From: an uncultured Spirochaetota bacterium
GTDB lineage: Bacteria; Spirochaetota; UBA4802; UBA5550
Reading direction: 5' to 3'
Assembly: GCA_942491575.1 (NCBI GenBank)
Contig: CALOBT010000025.1
Location: forward strand, 1,664,299-1,728,298
Length of the DNA: 64,000 nucleotides
Below, one piece after another: positions 28,429-38,000 of the stretch. A model generated the notes under the pieces. The model searched no databases and was not told the DNA's origin. It saw only the letters and a program-made list of their open reading frames with translations. Position 1 is the first letter of the stretch; every line of letters starts with the position of its first letter. The position numbers were made by a program, and so were the translations under genes.

Positions 28429-29013
28429 TTAAGTACGCGATGACAGTGAAAAATTAATCTCCAGTTTCAATACCAGCATATCATCTTCTATATGAGCTGA
28501 ATATGGCTTAAAGGGATAAGCCTTCTTAATGGCTGAAATGACCGCTTTAGTTAATTTCATATAACGCGCCTGCCGGAGGATTCTCACCTTTTCGATTTTT
28601 CCATCTCTATTAATATACAGTTTCAAAACAATCGAACCTTCATGTCCCTTCTTTTGTTCATCAACAGGATACACCTTATTGTATTCAATTTTATTAACGA
28701 CATAGGAATAGTAGCGTTCTTTCAGTTCCTCTTCAGTAAGCTTATCATCTTCAACAGCAATTTTTTCGGTCTCCTCCTTTTCTTTCTTCTTCGGGATTTG
28801 GGATACCTTTTTTATATGATACTGTTTCTTCGATTCACTTTTATAAATCTGTGTGACTTCCCCCGATGAAAAATCGATACCGGATATCAGCACTCCCAGA
28901 AAAATTCCGAATATTATAAGGCCCTGAATATAACGATAGAGTTTTCCTTCTTCCAGCAGATTGAGCAGATGCTGAGAATGATCGCCCTCTTTCAGTTTCA
29001 TCTTACATTTCAT
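28429..29013 (-). CDS. tonB: TonB-family energy transducer
   Basis: N-terminal anchor helix, a Lys/Glu-rich spacer (KKKEKEETEKIAVEDD), and a C-terminal TonB_C-like block YPVDEQKKGHEGSIVLKLYINRDGKIEKVRIL. Confidence 0.75.
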   Translation of the reverse strand: MKCKMKLKEGDHSQHLLNLLEEGKLYRYIQGLIIFGIFLGVLISGIDFSSGEVTQIYKSESKKQYHIKKVSQIPKKKEKEETEKIAVEDDKLTEEELKERYYSYVVNKIEYNKVYPVDEQKKGHEGSIVLKLYINRDGKIEKVRILRQARYMKLTKAVISAIKKAYPFKPYSAHIEDDMLVLKLEINFSLSSRT

Positions 29014-29030
29014 ATATTAATCCGATTCAT

Positions 29031-29432
29031 CTATTTCTTATCATGCTCTACGGAAAAACTGGTGGCCCCCGCCGCCTTCGCAATATCAAGAATCTTCACA
29101 AAGGTCTCATAGCCAATCTCTTTATCTCCCCGAAAAATCACATCATACTTGCCCAGGGCGGCCATTTTTTCTTCCAGGGCCTTCTGAAAATCAGTTTTTT
29201 CAGGATCAATTTCATTTTTGTTGATAAAAATACGATTCTTGCTGTCCACTGTCACCACCAGGTCGACCTTTTCCAGTTTCTCTTCAAAGAGGGCCTTGGG
29301 AAGTTCCATTTTCAATTTTGGTGTAATGAAATTGCTGCTCAGCATAAAGAATATCAGCAGCAGAAAAATAATATCCACCAGGGGAGCAATTTCAATATGG
29401 GGCTTCTCGGTTTTCTGTCTGATAAAATCCAT
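29031..29432 (-). CDS. exbD: Biopolymer transport protein ExbD/TolR
   Basis: EIAPLVDIIFLLLIFFMLSS plus a periplasmic domain; 133 aa. Confidence 0.9.
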   Translation of the reverse strand: MDFIRQKTEKPHIEIAPLVDIIFLLLIFFMLSSNFITPKLKMELPKALFEEKLEKVDLVVTVDSKNRIFINKNEIDPEKTDFQKALEEKMAALGKYDVIFRGDKEIGYETFVKILDIAKAAGATSFSVEHDKK

Positions 29433-30181
29433 CAGATCTGTTCCTCCGGTTCTTCATGATGTATCAAATCTCCTGCCCTTGCGGTTTTTCCGTGACTGTC
29501 ACTACATGAGGCACTGCTGTGCAGCTCTTCGTCAAGGTAGGTGATAATATAGCTCATCCTGTTGGCCCGAGCCGTAACAACTTTCTCGAAATAGAGATAG
29601 GAAAGCTGTGCAGGAATTGCCACCACCAGGCCAGCTGCCGTGGTGAGCATTGCCTCCCAGATGCCGCTTGCAAGGGCGGTGACATCCACCTGACCCCCCA
29701 GTTCGGAGATGACAGAAAATGAACCGATGATACCGGTCACTGTGCCAAGAAGTCCCAAAAGGGGAGAAACATGACTGATGGCACTGAGGCCCTTGAAATT
29801 CTTCTCCATTCTTTCAATTTCCTCAGAACCTACGCGGCGCAGGGCCTCTTCCCGGCTCCTGTTCCCCTTTTCGATGCTGGCAATGTAGGTGGCCACCACC
29901 TTCTGATAACCGCTTCGGTTCCACTGCTGCTGAGAAATCCAATGCTTAAAACGTTTTACAATATTTTTTTCACTTCCCGAATACTCACTGCCATCAAAAA
30001 GATCTACTTCCCTCATTCTTTTCCCGGAAAGAGAATCCAGCAGCAACCCCCTGAATTTTTCATAATTCACTCCGGTAAGATAGAAATATAGAAACCTTTC
30101 AATTATAATTCCTATTGAAACGATACCCAGGGCGGCAATGGGCCACATGACAAATCCGCCCTTTTGTATTAATGAAATCAT
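29432..30181 (-). CDS. exbB: MotA/TolQ/ExbB proton-channel protein
   Basis: ISHVSPLLGLLGTVTGIIGSF and LTTAAGLVVAIPA. ATG 30181 with SD GGAGAG is preferred over the TTG at 30193. About 35 aa of acidic/His-containing C-terminal extension. Confidence 0.9.
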   Translation of the reverse strand: MISLIQKGGFVMWPIAALGIVSIGIIIERFLYFYLTGVNYEKFRGLLLDSLSGKRMREVDLFDGSEYSGSEKNIVKRFKHWISQQQWNRSGYQKVVATYIASIEKGNRSREEALRRVGSEEIERMEKNFKGLSAISHVSPLLGLLGTVTGIIGSFSVISELGGQVDVTALASGIWEAMLTTAAGLVVAIPAQLSYLYFEKVVTARANRMSYIITYLDEELHSSASCSDSHGKTARAGDLIHHEEPEEQI

Positions 30182-30213
30182 TATTCTCTCCAAATTTCAG
30201 CATCTAATTTTGT

Positions 30214-30263
30214 TTGACTCGACTAACAAAAGTCAATTGACACAACTATAGTATACTTGTCAA
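30214..30263. promoter_or_regulatory. Two adjacent palindromes (candidate TetR operators) between exbB and tetR
   Basis: TTGACT-N11-AGTCAA (30214-36), directly followed by TTGACA-caactatagtatact-TGTCAA (30237-63; inner part also near-palindromic). Confidence 0.55.
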
Positions 30264-30429
30264 ACAATTTTCAATTTTTAGTCTCACTGTCGCAAAAAAA
30301 ATTCATCCCGCGCACAATCTCAAAACCGTTGATTTTTTTTCCTGAAACAGGAAAAATACTTGTCTCCCCGTAACAATTCTGCAATTTTGAACTATATTAG
30401 TATAATAGTTTAATTTACAGGCAGAAATA

Positions 30430-31002
30430 ATGAATAAAGAAAAAAGAAAAGAAATCCTGGCCGCGGCGGAACGACTCTTTAACCGCTTCGGTATCGGGAA
30501 AACCGCAGTCGACGAAATCGCCGATGAGGCGGGTGTTGCCAAGGGTACCATCTACAATAACTTTGGCAGCAAAGCCGGTGTAATCAACGAGATAATCAAG
30601 GACAAGCTTGCCTCCTTTGAAATTAAGGCTGAAAAGATGATGCAGGAAGTGAGTGACCCCGCAAAGGGGCTCCAGGTACTGATAACCGAGCGCATCCGTA
30701 TACTGACGGGAACCCCCTTTCTCTCCGACGGTTCCCTTAAAAAAAATCCCGGTACCATGAAAAAACTCCAACAGCAGGTGGAAGAAAAATTCCGTGCCAT
30801 GGCGGAGACCATCATGAACTCAGGGCGAAACTTCCGCCCCCCGAAAGAGGAAATGGAAAATATTCTCAACACCATCTCATACACGGTGAAGGGCATAGAA
30901 GAAACCATCCAGGGGACCCTGAGTAAAATCCCAACTGATAAAATCGAGAAGGAAGTCAACTTCCTCATCTCAAGACTATTCCCCAGGAAAAACAACCAGT
31001 AG
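30430..31002 (+). CDS. TetR/AcrR family transcriptional regulator
   Basis: N-terminal HTH ILAAAERLFNRFGIGKTAVDEIADEAGVAKGTIYNNFGSK. Confidence 0.9.
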   Translation: MNKEKRKEILAAAERLFNRFGIGKTAVDEIADEAGVAKGTIYNNFGSKAGVINEIIKDKLASFEIKAEKMMQEVSDPAKGLQVLITERIRILTGTPFLSDGSLKKNPGTMKKLQQQVEEKFRAMAETIMNSGRNFRPPKEEMENILNTISYTVKGIEETIQGTLSKIPTDKIEKEVNFLISRLFPRKNNQ

Positions 31003-31014
31003 ACGAGGACCTTT

Positions 31015-31779
31015 ATGACTATCCCAATAGATATTATAGACGGATTATTTTTTCAGTTTGTGCTCTTTTCAATTGCCGGCTGGCTGCTTGAGGTTTCCTT
31101 TCGAACCATCGAAAACCGCCGTTTTATTAATCCAGGATTTAATATCGGCCCGTGGATTCCCCTCTACGGCAGTGCCGCAGTGATACTCTCCTTGACGGTC
31201 ACCTCCGTATCAGGTTACCCCATCTATATCCGGGCCCTCTTTTACCTGGGAGTCACGACTATACTTGAATACGTGACGGGGGAACTGCTTCTTCTCTTAT
31301 TCAAAAAACGTTACTGGGATTATTCTAAAAATTTTAAAAATATCCGCGGCTTCGTCTGCCCCAGTTTTTCCCTCGCATGGATGGTGGCGGCCTTCGTATA
31401 TGAAATTTTGCTTCATCCCGGAACTGTACAGGTCATCTCACTTCTTTCGGTGAAGACAATCCGTTTTGCCAATGTCACCTTCATGGCGGCCCTGACTCTT
31501 GACTTCACCTATTCTTCAGGCCTGCAGAGACTCTCAGCAGAATGGCTCAGGAGTCTGGGGGGGAAGTTGAATCAGCACCTCAACCAGAACAACAACCTGG
31601 CGCCGGCATGGGCATTCATAAAAAAAGTCGAGGGGCTGCAGAACCTGAACCGGCACATAAACTTCCGAAACAATGACATCCGTGGCCGCATCGGTTCCCT
31701 CCGCCGAAGGGGAAAGACACTTTTTGCGGACCTTCTTCAGGAGATACAGACATACATTAAAGACGGGAGAAAAAAATAA
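31015..31779 (+). CDS. Polytopic membrane protein of the 'putative ABC-transporter type IV' (PF06541-like) family
   Basis: FVLFSIAGWLLEVSFRTIENRRFINPGFNIGPWIPLYG matches the family signature as I recall it. Confidence 0.55.
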   Translation: MTIPIDIIDGLFFQFVLFSIAGWLLEVSFRTIENRRFINPGFNIGPWIPLYGSAAVILSLTVTSVSGYPIYIRALFYLGVTTILEYVTGELLLLLFKKRYWDYSKNFKNIRGFVCPSFSLAWMVAAFVYEILLHPGTVQVISLLSVKTIRFANVTFMAALTLDFTYSSGLQRLSAEWLRSLGGKLNQHLNQNNNLAPAWAFIKKVEGLQNLNRHINFRNNDIRGRIGSLRRRGKTLFADLLQEIQTYIKDGRKK

Positions 31780-32285
31780 TGGCATCTGAGAACAGACTTC
31801 AACTTCCCCCCATAATCCGAAAACATCCCGCGGTGGAAGAAATACTTGAAAATGAAAATTTTCTTTCAATGAGAGATTATCTCCATCACGGCAACATCAA
31901 CTGCCTTCAGCATACCCTGCAGGTGGCAGCCCGGGCATATTACATGACACGTATACGTCCCGGTATTGATGTAATCAGTACAGTGAGGGCGGCCCTGCTC
32001 CATGATTTCTATCTCTACGACTGGCATACCGACAGCCCTGGGCTCCACGGCCTGAAACACCCGACTATTGCACTGGCCAATGCACAGAAACTCTTTACGT
32101 TAAATGAAATTGAACGGGATGCTATTAAGCGGCACATGTGGCCCCTGACACCTTTTCCACCGAGGTTCCGGGAATCATACATTGTCACCTTTGCGGATAA
32201 GCTGGTCACATGGGGAGATTACTCAGGCATGATGGAACCATATAAAGAAAAATTAAATCCCAGAAGGCTTACCGGCAGCATATAG
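31779..32285 (+). CDS. HD-domain phosphohydrolase
   Basis: H...HD pattern: LQHTLQVAARA ... AALLHDFYLYDWH ... KRHMWP. Its start overlaps the preceding stop. Confidence 0.75.
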   Translation: MASENRLQLPPIIRKHPAVEEILENENFLSMRDYLHHGNINCLQHTLQVAARAYYMTRIRPGIDVISTVRAALLHDFYLYDWHTDSPGLHGLKHPTIALANAQKLFTLNEIERDAIKRHMWPLTPFPPRFRESYIVTFADKLVTWGDYSGMMEPYKEKLNPRRLTGSI

Positions 32286-32290
32286 ACGGG

Positions 32291-34822
32291 TCAACGTTTA
32301 ATAACTACCTTTTTCATATTATTAAGGATGGTTTTGCCGCCACTGACACTCCTGGCCCTGATATGAATATAGTAGAGACCTACACCGAGTTCTCTTCGTG
32401 ACTTGTTGGTCCCCCGCCAGCCCTGGTCCTTGATATTCTGTCCCCCCTTTCGCAGTGCCCCGTCAAGAATTGTGGCAACAGGCCTCCCCTTTATATCATA
32501 GACTTTTATGGTTACGTATGCATCCTCGGAAAGATAATATGCGGGATAGGCCACAGGATTGCTTTTTGTAATGACATTGTTCAGTATACGTGTCGGCCAC
32601 GGCTGAAAAGTCGTAGTTGAACTTATTCTGAATGTCCATTCCATATCATTGGGGTCTCCGGGAGGGACCTGTTCTGCGGGATCAAAATCCGAATCATGAT
32701 CAGCGTATGAATTAACTCCGTTTTTTACACTCTCTACAATAAATTTGGCTTCCGTGTTATTGACCATATAACGGTTCGTCGTCGGTATCTGTGCCGTCCA
32801 TGTATTGGGCCCTGACTTTGCACAGGCGATCCGGTCATAGTCAGTCCCCTCGGTACCGCTTAGACCGACCCCTCCCACCAGGTCAGCCCCGGGGAAGTCT
32901 GACAGAATAATATTCATCGAATCTGGCTGACCTTCCACTGAAACGAAAAAAACAGTAACATGTATAGCGCTGTTTCTCAAAGGCCGGTTCGATGGAACCG
33001 GCACAGCCTCACCGGTGAAGGCACTGTCCTGATACCGGGTAATACCATCAGAAATGGTCACCTGGAGCTCAGTAGGGTTGGTAACAATTGAACTGAAATC
33101 GGTTGCGGTACCGCCATTTTCATGAATTGCATCGGAAAAGCCCGTGGTGGTATCGACTTCCTGCCCGAATACATCAATAGCGGTTATATAATAATTATAT
33201 TCCTTAAAGGGAAGAAGACCCGAAATGGACATGGTGCCCGTGGTAACATCACTCAGGTCATAGGTTTCTGCCGGCCCGTAACCGCTGGTGGTTCTGTCGA
33301 TAATAGTCCAGGATCCGGCAGATGCTTCTTTGTAATAAACCCTGTAGGAATAGAAATCCAGATCATAGGGAGGACTGCCCAGGGCCGAAAGCGGAGTCCA
33401 GTTCAGGGTAATGGTCTCCGCGGTCTGCGAATAGGAAAATCCAGTGCTGAAGGGTGTTGTGCCGACACCTGCGGTATCACCGTGATAGTTCGGCGCGACA
33501 CCGTTTATACCCGGTGGATCATTCCGGTCCCAGTATACAACCGGATCAGCAAGGATATGATTTATCCGTGAATTCTGGTACTGCCCCCAGTTGTTGGTAG
33601 CGTGCCCGTCATAGGCACCGCCATAGATTCTTATTACCTCGTAGCTGAGGGTTCCCGTTGTACCGTCGGGAACCTGAACCGGCGTGGGTATTGTAATCAA
33701 AGCATTGCCGCTGGCAGTTGCATCATTTATCTGCACAAGGAAAGTATTGGTACCGTCACTGACCACAGCAGAGGTATTTCCGACAACATTCCCCCCGCCG
33801 TTCTGGAGACTTGCGGTGACACGTATCCGCGTCCCGGCGATATTCACACTCCGATAGTAATTGGGTGCATCGATTCCGCCGCCATCATAAATCACAATGG
33901 AATCAACCTGTACCTTGTCACAGTTTACTGTCAGGGTATTTACAGAAGTTTCCGTCGCACCCCCGGTGTTCATGGCCACCCGCACATCCCATGTATGGTT
34001 CCCGAGACTCCCCGGGTCTCCCCCCAGATTATCATTCATATAATCGACAGGAATTGCATAACTGACATTATCACTGTCATCTGCATCGGCAGCAATAGCA
34101 GGGACGGTCGTTGCCCCATCAACAAAGAGTGTACAATTGCCCGTTTCACCGGCATCGGTATCCTCAATGCGGTTGGTAATGCTTTCACCCGCCACATAAT
34201 AGACAATACGCCCCGTCACATTAAAACCCTGGTGCCATGGATTCACCCGCCCGTCAGAGGCATCGCCATCCTGGGAAAAATTCAGCACCTGCATCTGTGA
34301 GCAAACCCCGTAATTCATTGTCACGGTATCGTTAGCCGTACTGGTTCCGATGACAGTTGCCCGTACCTGGTTGGTCGCCGCGGCATTGAAGGGAGTGGCA
34401 GTCCAGAGAAAGCGCAATTGTATTGTATAATCAAGATTGGTATATATAGCTGTATTATCCACGATGGAGTCAACCACCACCCCGTTCTCCACCGTGGCAG
34501 TATCCGTTGCCATGGCAATAGTACAGTTCTGCTGGGTACCGCCGGAGATAAATTCAAGCTGAATACTGGTCCAGTCTCCCTTACCGGTTGCGGCGGGGTC
34601 CGCCGCCTGGACCCTGAAGGTGTAGACAATACCCGCCGCGTAGTATGACTTGGCATTGGAAAAAAGCGTTGCCGCTGTAGGTGTGAGGGTCACTGAAGAT
34701 ATGGCCCCTTTTCCCGATTTTCCTGAAAAAATCATCAGCACCAGGGCCATTATTATAATCTGGCTGGCCGGCTTTAAAAGCCTGTTTATTTTGTGGTTTT
34801 TGTCTTTACCGGATGGTTTCAT
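32291..34822 (-). CDS. Large secreted surface protein with an FN3-like domain and a Por/T9SS-type (FlgD-Ig-like) C-terminal sorting domain
   Basis: N-terminal signal anchor. The FN3-like block is ITLNWTPLS...YRVYYKEASAGSWTII...LLPFKEYNYYITAIDVFGQE. The last ~85 aa, NPVAYPAYYLSEDAYVTIKVYDIKGRPVATILDG...GLYYIHIRA...KKVVIKR, resemble the T9SS C-terminal domain. Confidence 0.7.
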   Translation of the reverse strand: MKPSGKDKNHKINRLLKPASQIIIMALVLMIFSGKSGKGAISSVTLTPTAATLFSNAKSYYAAGIVYTFRVQAADPAATGKGDWTSIQLEFISGGTQQNCTIAMATDTATVENGVVVDSIVDNTAIYTNLDYTIQLRFLWTATPFNAAATNQVRATVIGTSTANDTVTMNYGVCSQMQVLNFSQDGDASDGRVNPWHQGFNVTGRIVYYVAGESITNRIEDTDAGETGNCTLFVDGATTVPAIAADADDSDNVSYAIPVDYMNDNLGGDPGSLGNHTWDVRVAMNTGGATETSVNTLTVNCDKVQVDSIVIYDGGGIDAPNYYRSVNIAGTRIRVTASLQNGGGNVVGNTSAVVSDGTNTFLVQINDATASGNALITIPTPVQVPDGTTGTLSYEVIRIYGGAYDGHATNNWGQYQNSRINHILADPVVYWDRNDPPGINGVAPNYHGDTAGVGTTPFSTGFSYSQTAETITLNWTPLSALGSPPYDLDFYSYRVYYKEASAGSWTIIDRTTSGYGPAETYDLSDVTTGTMSISGLLPFKEYNYYITAIDVFGQEVDTTTGFSDAIHENGGTATDFSSIVTNPTELQVTISDGITRYQDSAFTGEAVPVPSNRPLRNSAIHVTVFFVSVEGQPDSMNIILSDFPGADLVGGVGLSGTEGTDYDRIACAKSGPNTWTAQIPTTNRYMVNNTEAKFIVESVKNGVNSYADHDSDFDPAEQVPPGDPNDMEWTFRISSTTTFQPWPTRILNNVITKSNPVAYPAYYLSEDAYVTIKVYDIKGRPVATILDGALRKGGQNIKDQGWRGTNKSRRELGVGLYYIHIRARSVSGGKTILNNMKKVVIKR

Positions 34823-35060
34823 ATGAGTATATTATTACCGTGTTTTTTAAGATTTTACTTATATACTAATATAAGGAAGTTTTCATCATAATGTGCAAAA
34901 ACTATTGACTGAAGGCAATAATTTTTTTAATACTCTGGCGGTAGAATAAATTTTCATTATATAACATGTAACAGAGTATTAACATAATACAAGGATAAAT
35001 TAAATGATATCTGCTGATTGAACAGGCAATTATCAAAAAAAGGTTACCGAAAACAATACC

Positions 35061-38000
35061 ATGAAAAATAAATTGCTGAATATAATTCTGACCCCGCTGG
35101 CAATCCTGGCCCTGCTTCTGATGGTATCATGCGGCAAGGAATCACCCACGGTGACAAATCCGGATATCACCTCCACGGGGAGCGGGGGATCCAGTGCCGG
35201 ATATTACTACCCCTCCATAACCGCGGTCTATCCAGCCGATGGAACCGCCACGGCACCGGTAGATACGGAATTCATGGTAATATTTAATATCCCGGTAAAC
35301 AATGCCGACCTCACAGGCGGAATTTCAATTTCTTCCAGTTCGATTGGAGCCCTGACAGAGACTACACACTATACAATATCATCCGCCGGCGCATCAACAA
35401 CATACGCCAGAATCACCTTTATTTATGGCGGAATCTATCCCCTGCCTGATAATGAAACTGTCACCATAACTCTAAACAATACCATAACCGATGCAGTCAA
35501 CAGTGTGGCCCTGAACAATCCCCAGACGGTATCATTCTCCGTACCCCTCGGGGCAACACCGGATGAAACTCCTCCGGCGGTAAATACCGGGACGGGAAGC
35601 CCCGCTGACAGTGCCACGGGTATTGCACTTACTCCGGGAACGGTATCTGTTAATTTTACCGAAGCGGGAGAACTCGATCCCACAACAATTAACGCCTCAA
35701 CCTTTTATCTCTTTGACGGAACCAATAATGTGGCGGCAACCTACAGCTACACCGCCGCAACCAATACGGCAACCCTGACACCTGCAGTTGATCTCATAGC
35801 CAATACAAATTATACCGTAACCATAACCACGGGTATTAAAGACCTCTCGGGAAACGCCCTGGCGGCTGGTGACACCTGGGGATTTCAGACCACCACGGCA
35901 CTCACCGATCCAGAACCGGGGGCCCCGGCTATTTCTGACAGCCACGAGGTGACGACAGCAACCACCACCACGGCAACCATCCGGTGGACTACTGATGAGA
36001 ATACCAACTACACATTAAATTACGGCAGAAACACCACAACGGCATCATCAGTGAGCGACCTGGCAAATTATTTATCAGTCCATTCCGTGACCCTCAATCC
36101 ACCCCTCACGGCGGGACAGCGTTACTGGGCAAACATAGACTTCAGCGACTATGCCGGCACGGCAGGCACCACCAGCGGCACGATACAGTTCAATACCATG
36201 ACACCGGAAACCCCCAATGATATCCAAAGCGGTGCGGGCAACCAGGGAACACCACTGGTATTGATCAACTCCTGGAATGTTGCCAGCAGCGGAGCCTTTC
36301 TTTTCTGGGACAACGACAGTACCGGGGTTACCCATGTATACGGTCAGCTCCATGATTCCGCAATTGCAAAGCAGTGGAATGCCGGTAGTCCCCTGGGCCT
36401 CTTCACCGAAGGCAGCCAGAACTACAGCTACAGCTCCTCCACGGAAGACCATCTCGGGGGAGTAATTGTCATGGCTACCCGTACCACCGGCGGTCTGACC
36501 TACGCCAAGCGCATCAGCGCCGGGGGTGCCTTTGACTGGGGACATACCGCAGGCGGTACCGGAATGGAAGTGCACAGCGCCGCCATCAGCAACGTTCAGG
36601 CAGCTCCCGTATATACCGGCATGCTGACGGAAGTACAAACCGGCACTATTGACAGGGGCTCGCTTACCCTGACAAATCCCGTCTACGAAGATAATGACTT
36701 CGACGGCGGAGCACCGATACAGACCCTGTTTGATGTGGTTTCCGATGGAGATATTATTTATGACACCACGGGTAATGCCGGGACAACAATTGATATAACG
36801 GGCGGTGACCACGAATATATCATCGGCAATGACGGGGGCATCCTTGCTGCGGGAGATGTCTATATTGTTCCGAATCAGGCAACAACGGGTTCCATTACCG
36901 TATCAAGTCACACCATGAATGTTGCCGGTGCTAAAAGTTCTGCTACGACCACCATTTATACGCAGCATGGTTTTTCCGCTCCGGGAACCTTATCCGTTGG
37001 TGACATTATTCTTAATACCAACAACAGCCAGTACGCCCAGATTACCAACATAGAATCTAATCCGGACTCCCTTTTCCCTTTAAGTTTTATCTCAGGGACA
37101 GAGAGTGCAATCCGCACAAATCATCTCATTGACGGTTCAGTTGATTTTACCGGATCTGGTGTTTCTGACTGGGCTTCAACTACACCAGATCTGGTTGAAG
37201 AAGCAACAGGAGCATCTGCCTATGCAATAGTGAGTACGGTCAGTACAAGTGATCTCACACTCTTTTCTGATATTTTTCCCCTGGGCACCGAAGACTATAA
37301 TATATACAATCACCTGACCAATGGCACAAGTACTGCAGGGACCACCACAACGGTTCTTGAGGATACCACTAAAGACTTTTCCGCTGCGGGCCTCGGAGTT
37401 TCTATTGGGGATATTATTGTTGTAACAGATGGAGCAGGAAACATTTCAGCTATTGCGACAGTAGATACGGATCCTGGAGCCGGTCCGGGTGTAACAACCC
37501 TAAGTGTCGGTGTGGTTACTTTTACTGCCGGTGGAGGAGAGAGTTATAGAATTTACGATGTCAGCAGTGTTGTGCTCACCGGCACCGCCACTTCCCAGAG
37601 AACAGATCACCTGATAAACGGTGGCGAAACCTGGTCATCTGCCCCGGATCAGGTATTTGTTGATGACCTGGTTGAAAACCAGACGGGACCGACATATGCC
37701 CTTGCCAGTGTCATAACGGATACTGACCTGACCCTGGATACGGACATTTTCTCCGGTGCGGCTCTTGATTCATACCGCATTTACAATGAGTACTGCGAAA
37801 CTCATACCACAACACCCGTCTCATCATATTACAGGATAACCATCGATCATGACATAAGCGTTGCCGACGGACATGTTCTGGAGATTTATGACAGCGAAAC
37901 GGGCTATACGGGGACCATTGATTCTTTTCCCACCAATCCCTTATATGAAGATGATACTGACCTGAGCTCACTGGGACTTGCCGACGGTGACATTGCCTTT

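Noticed and set aside
33602-34300. 232-aa plus-strand ORF inside the 843-aa surface-protein gene, and the 245-aa minus-strand ORF at 36075-36812 inside the giant lipoprotein gene.
   Set aside because: The low stop-codon frequency in these Thr/Gly-rich genes leaves long antisense frames open. These ORFs have no start context or motifs.
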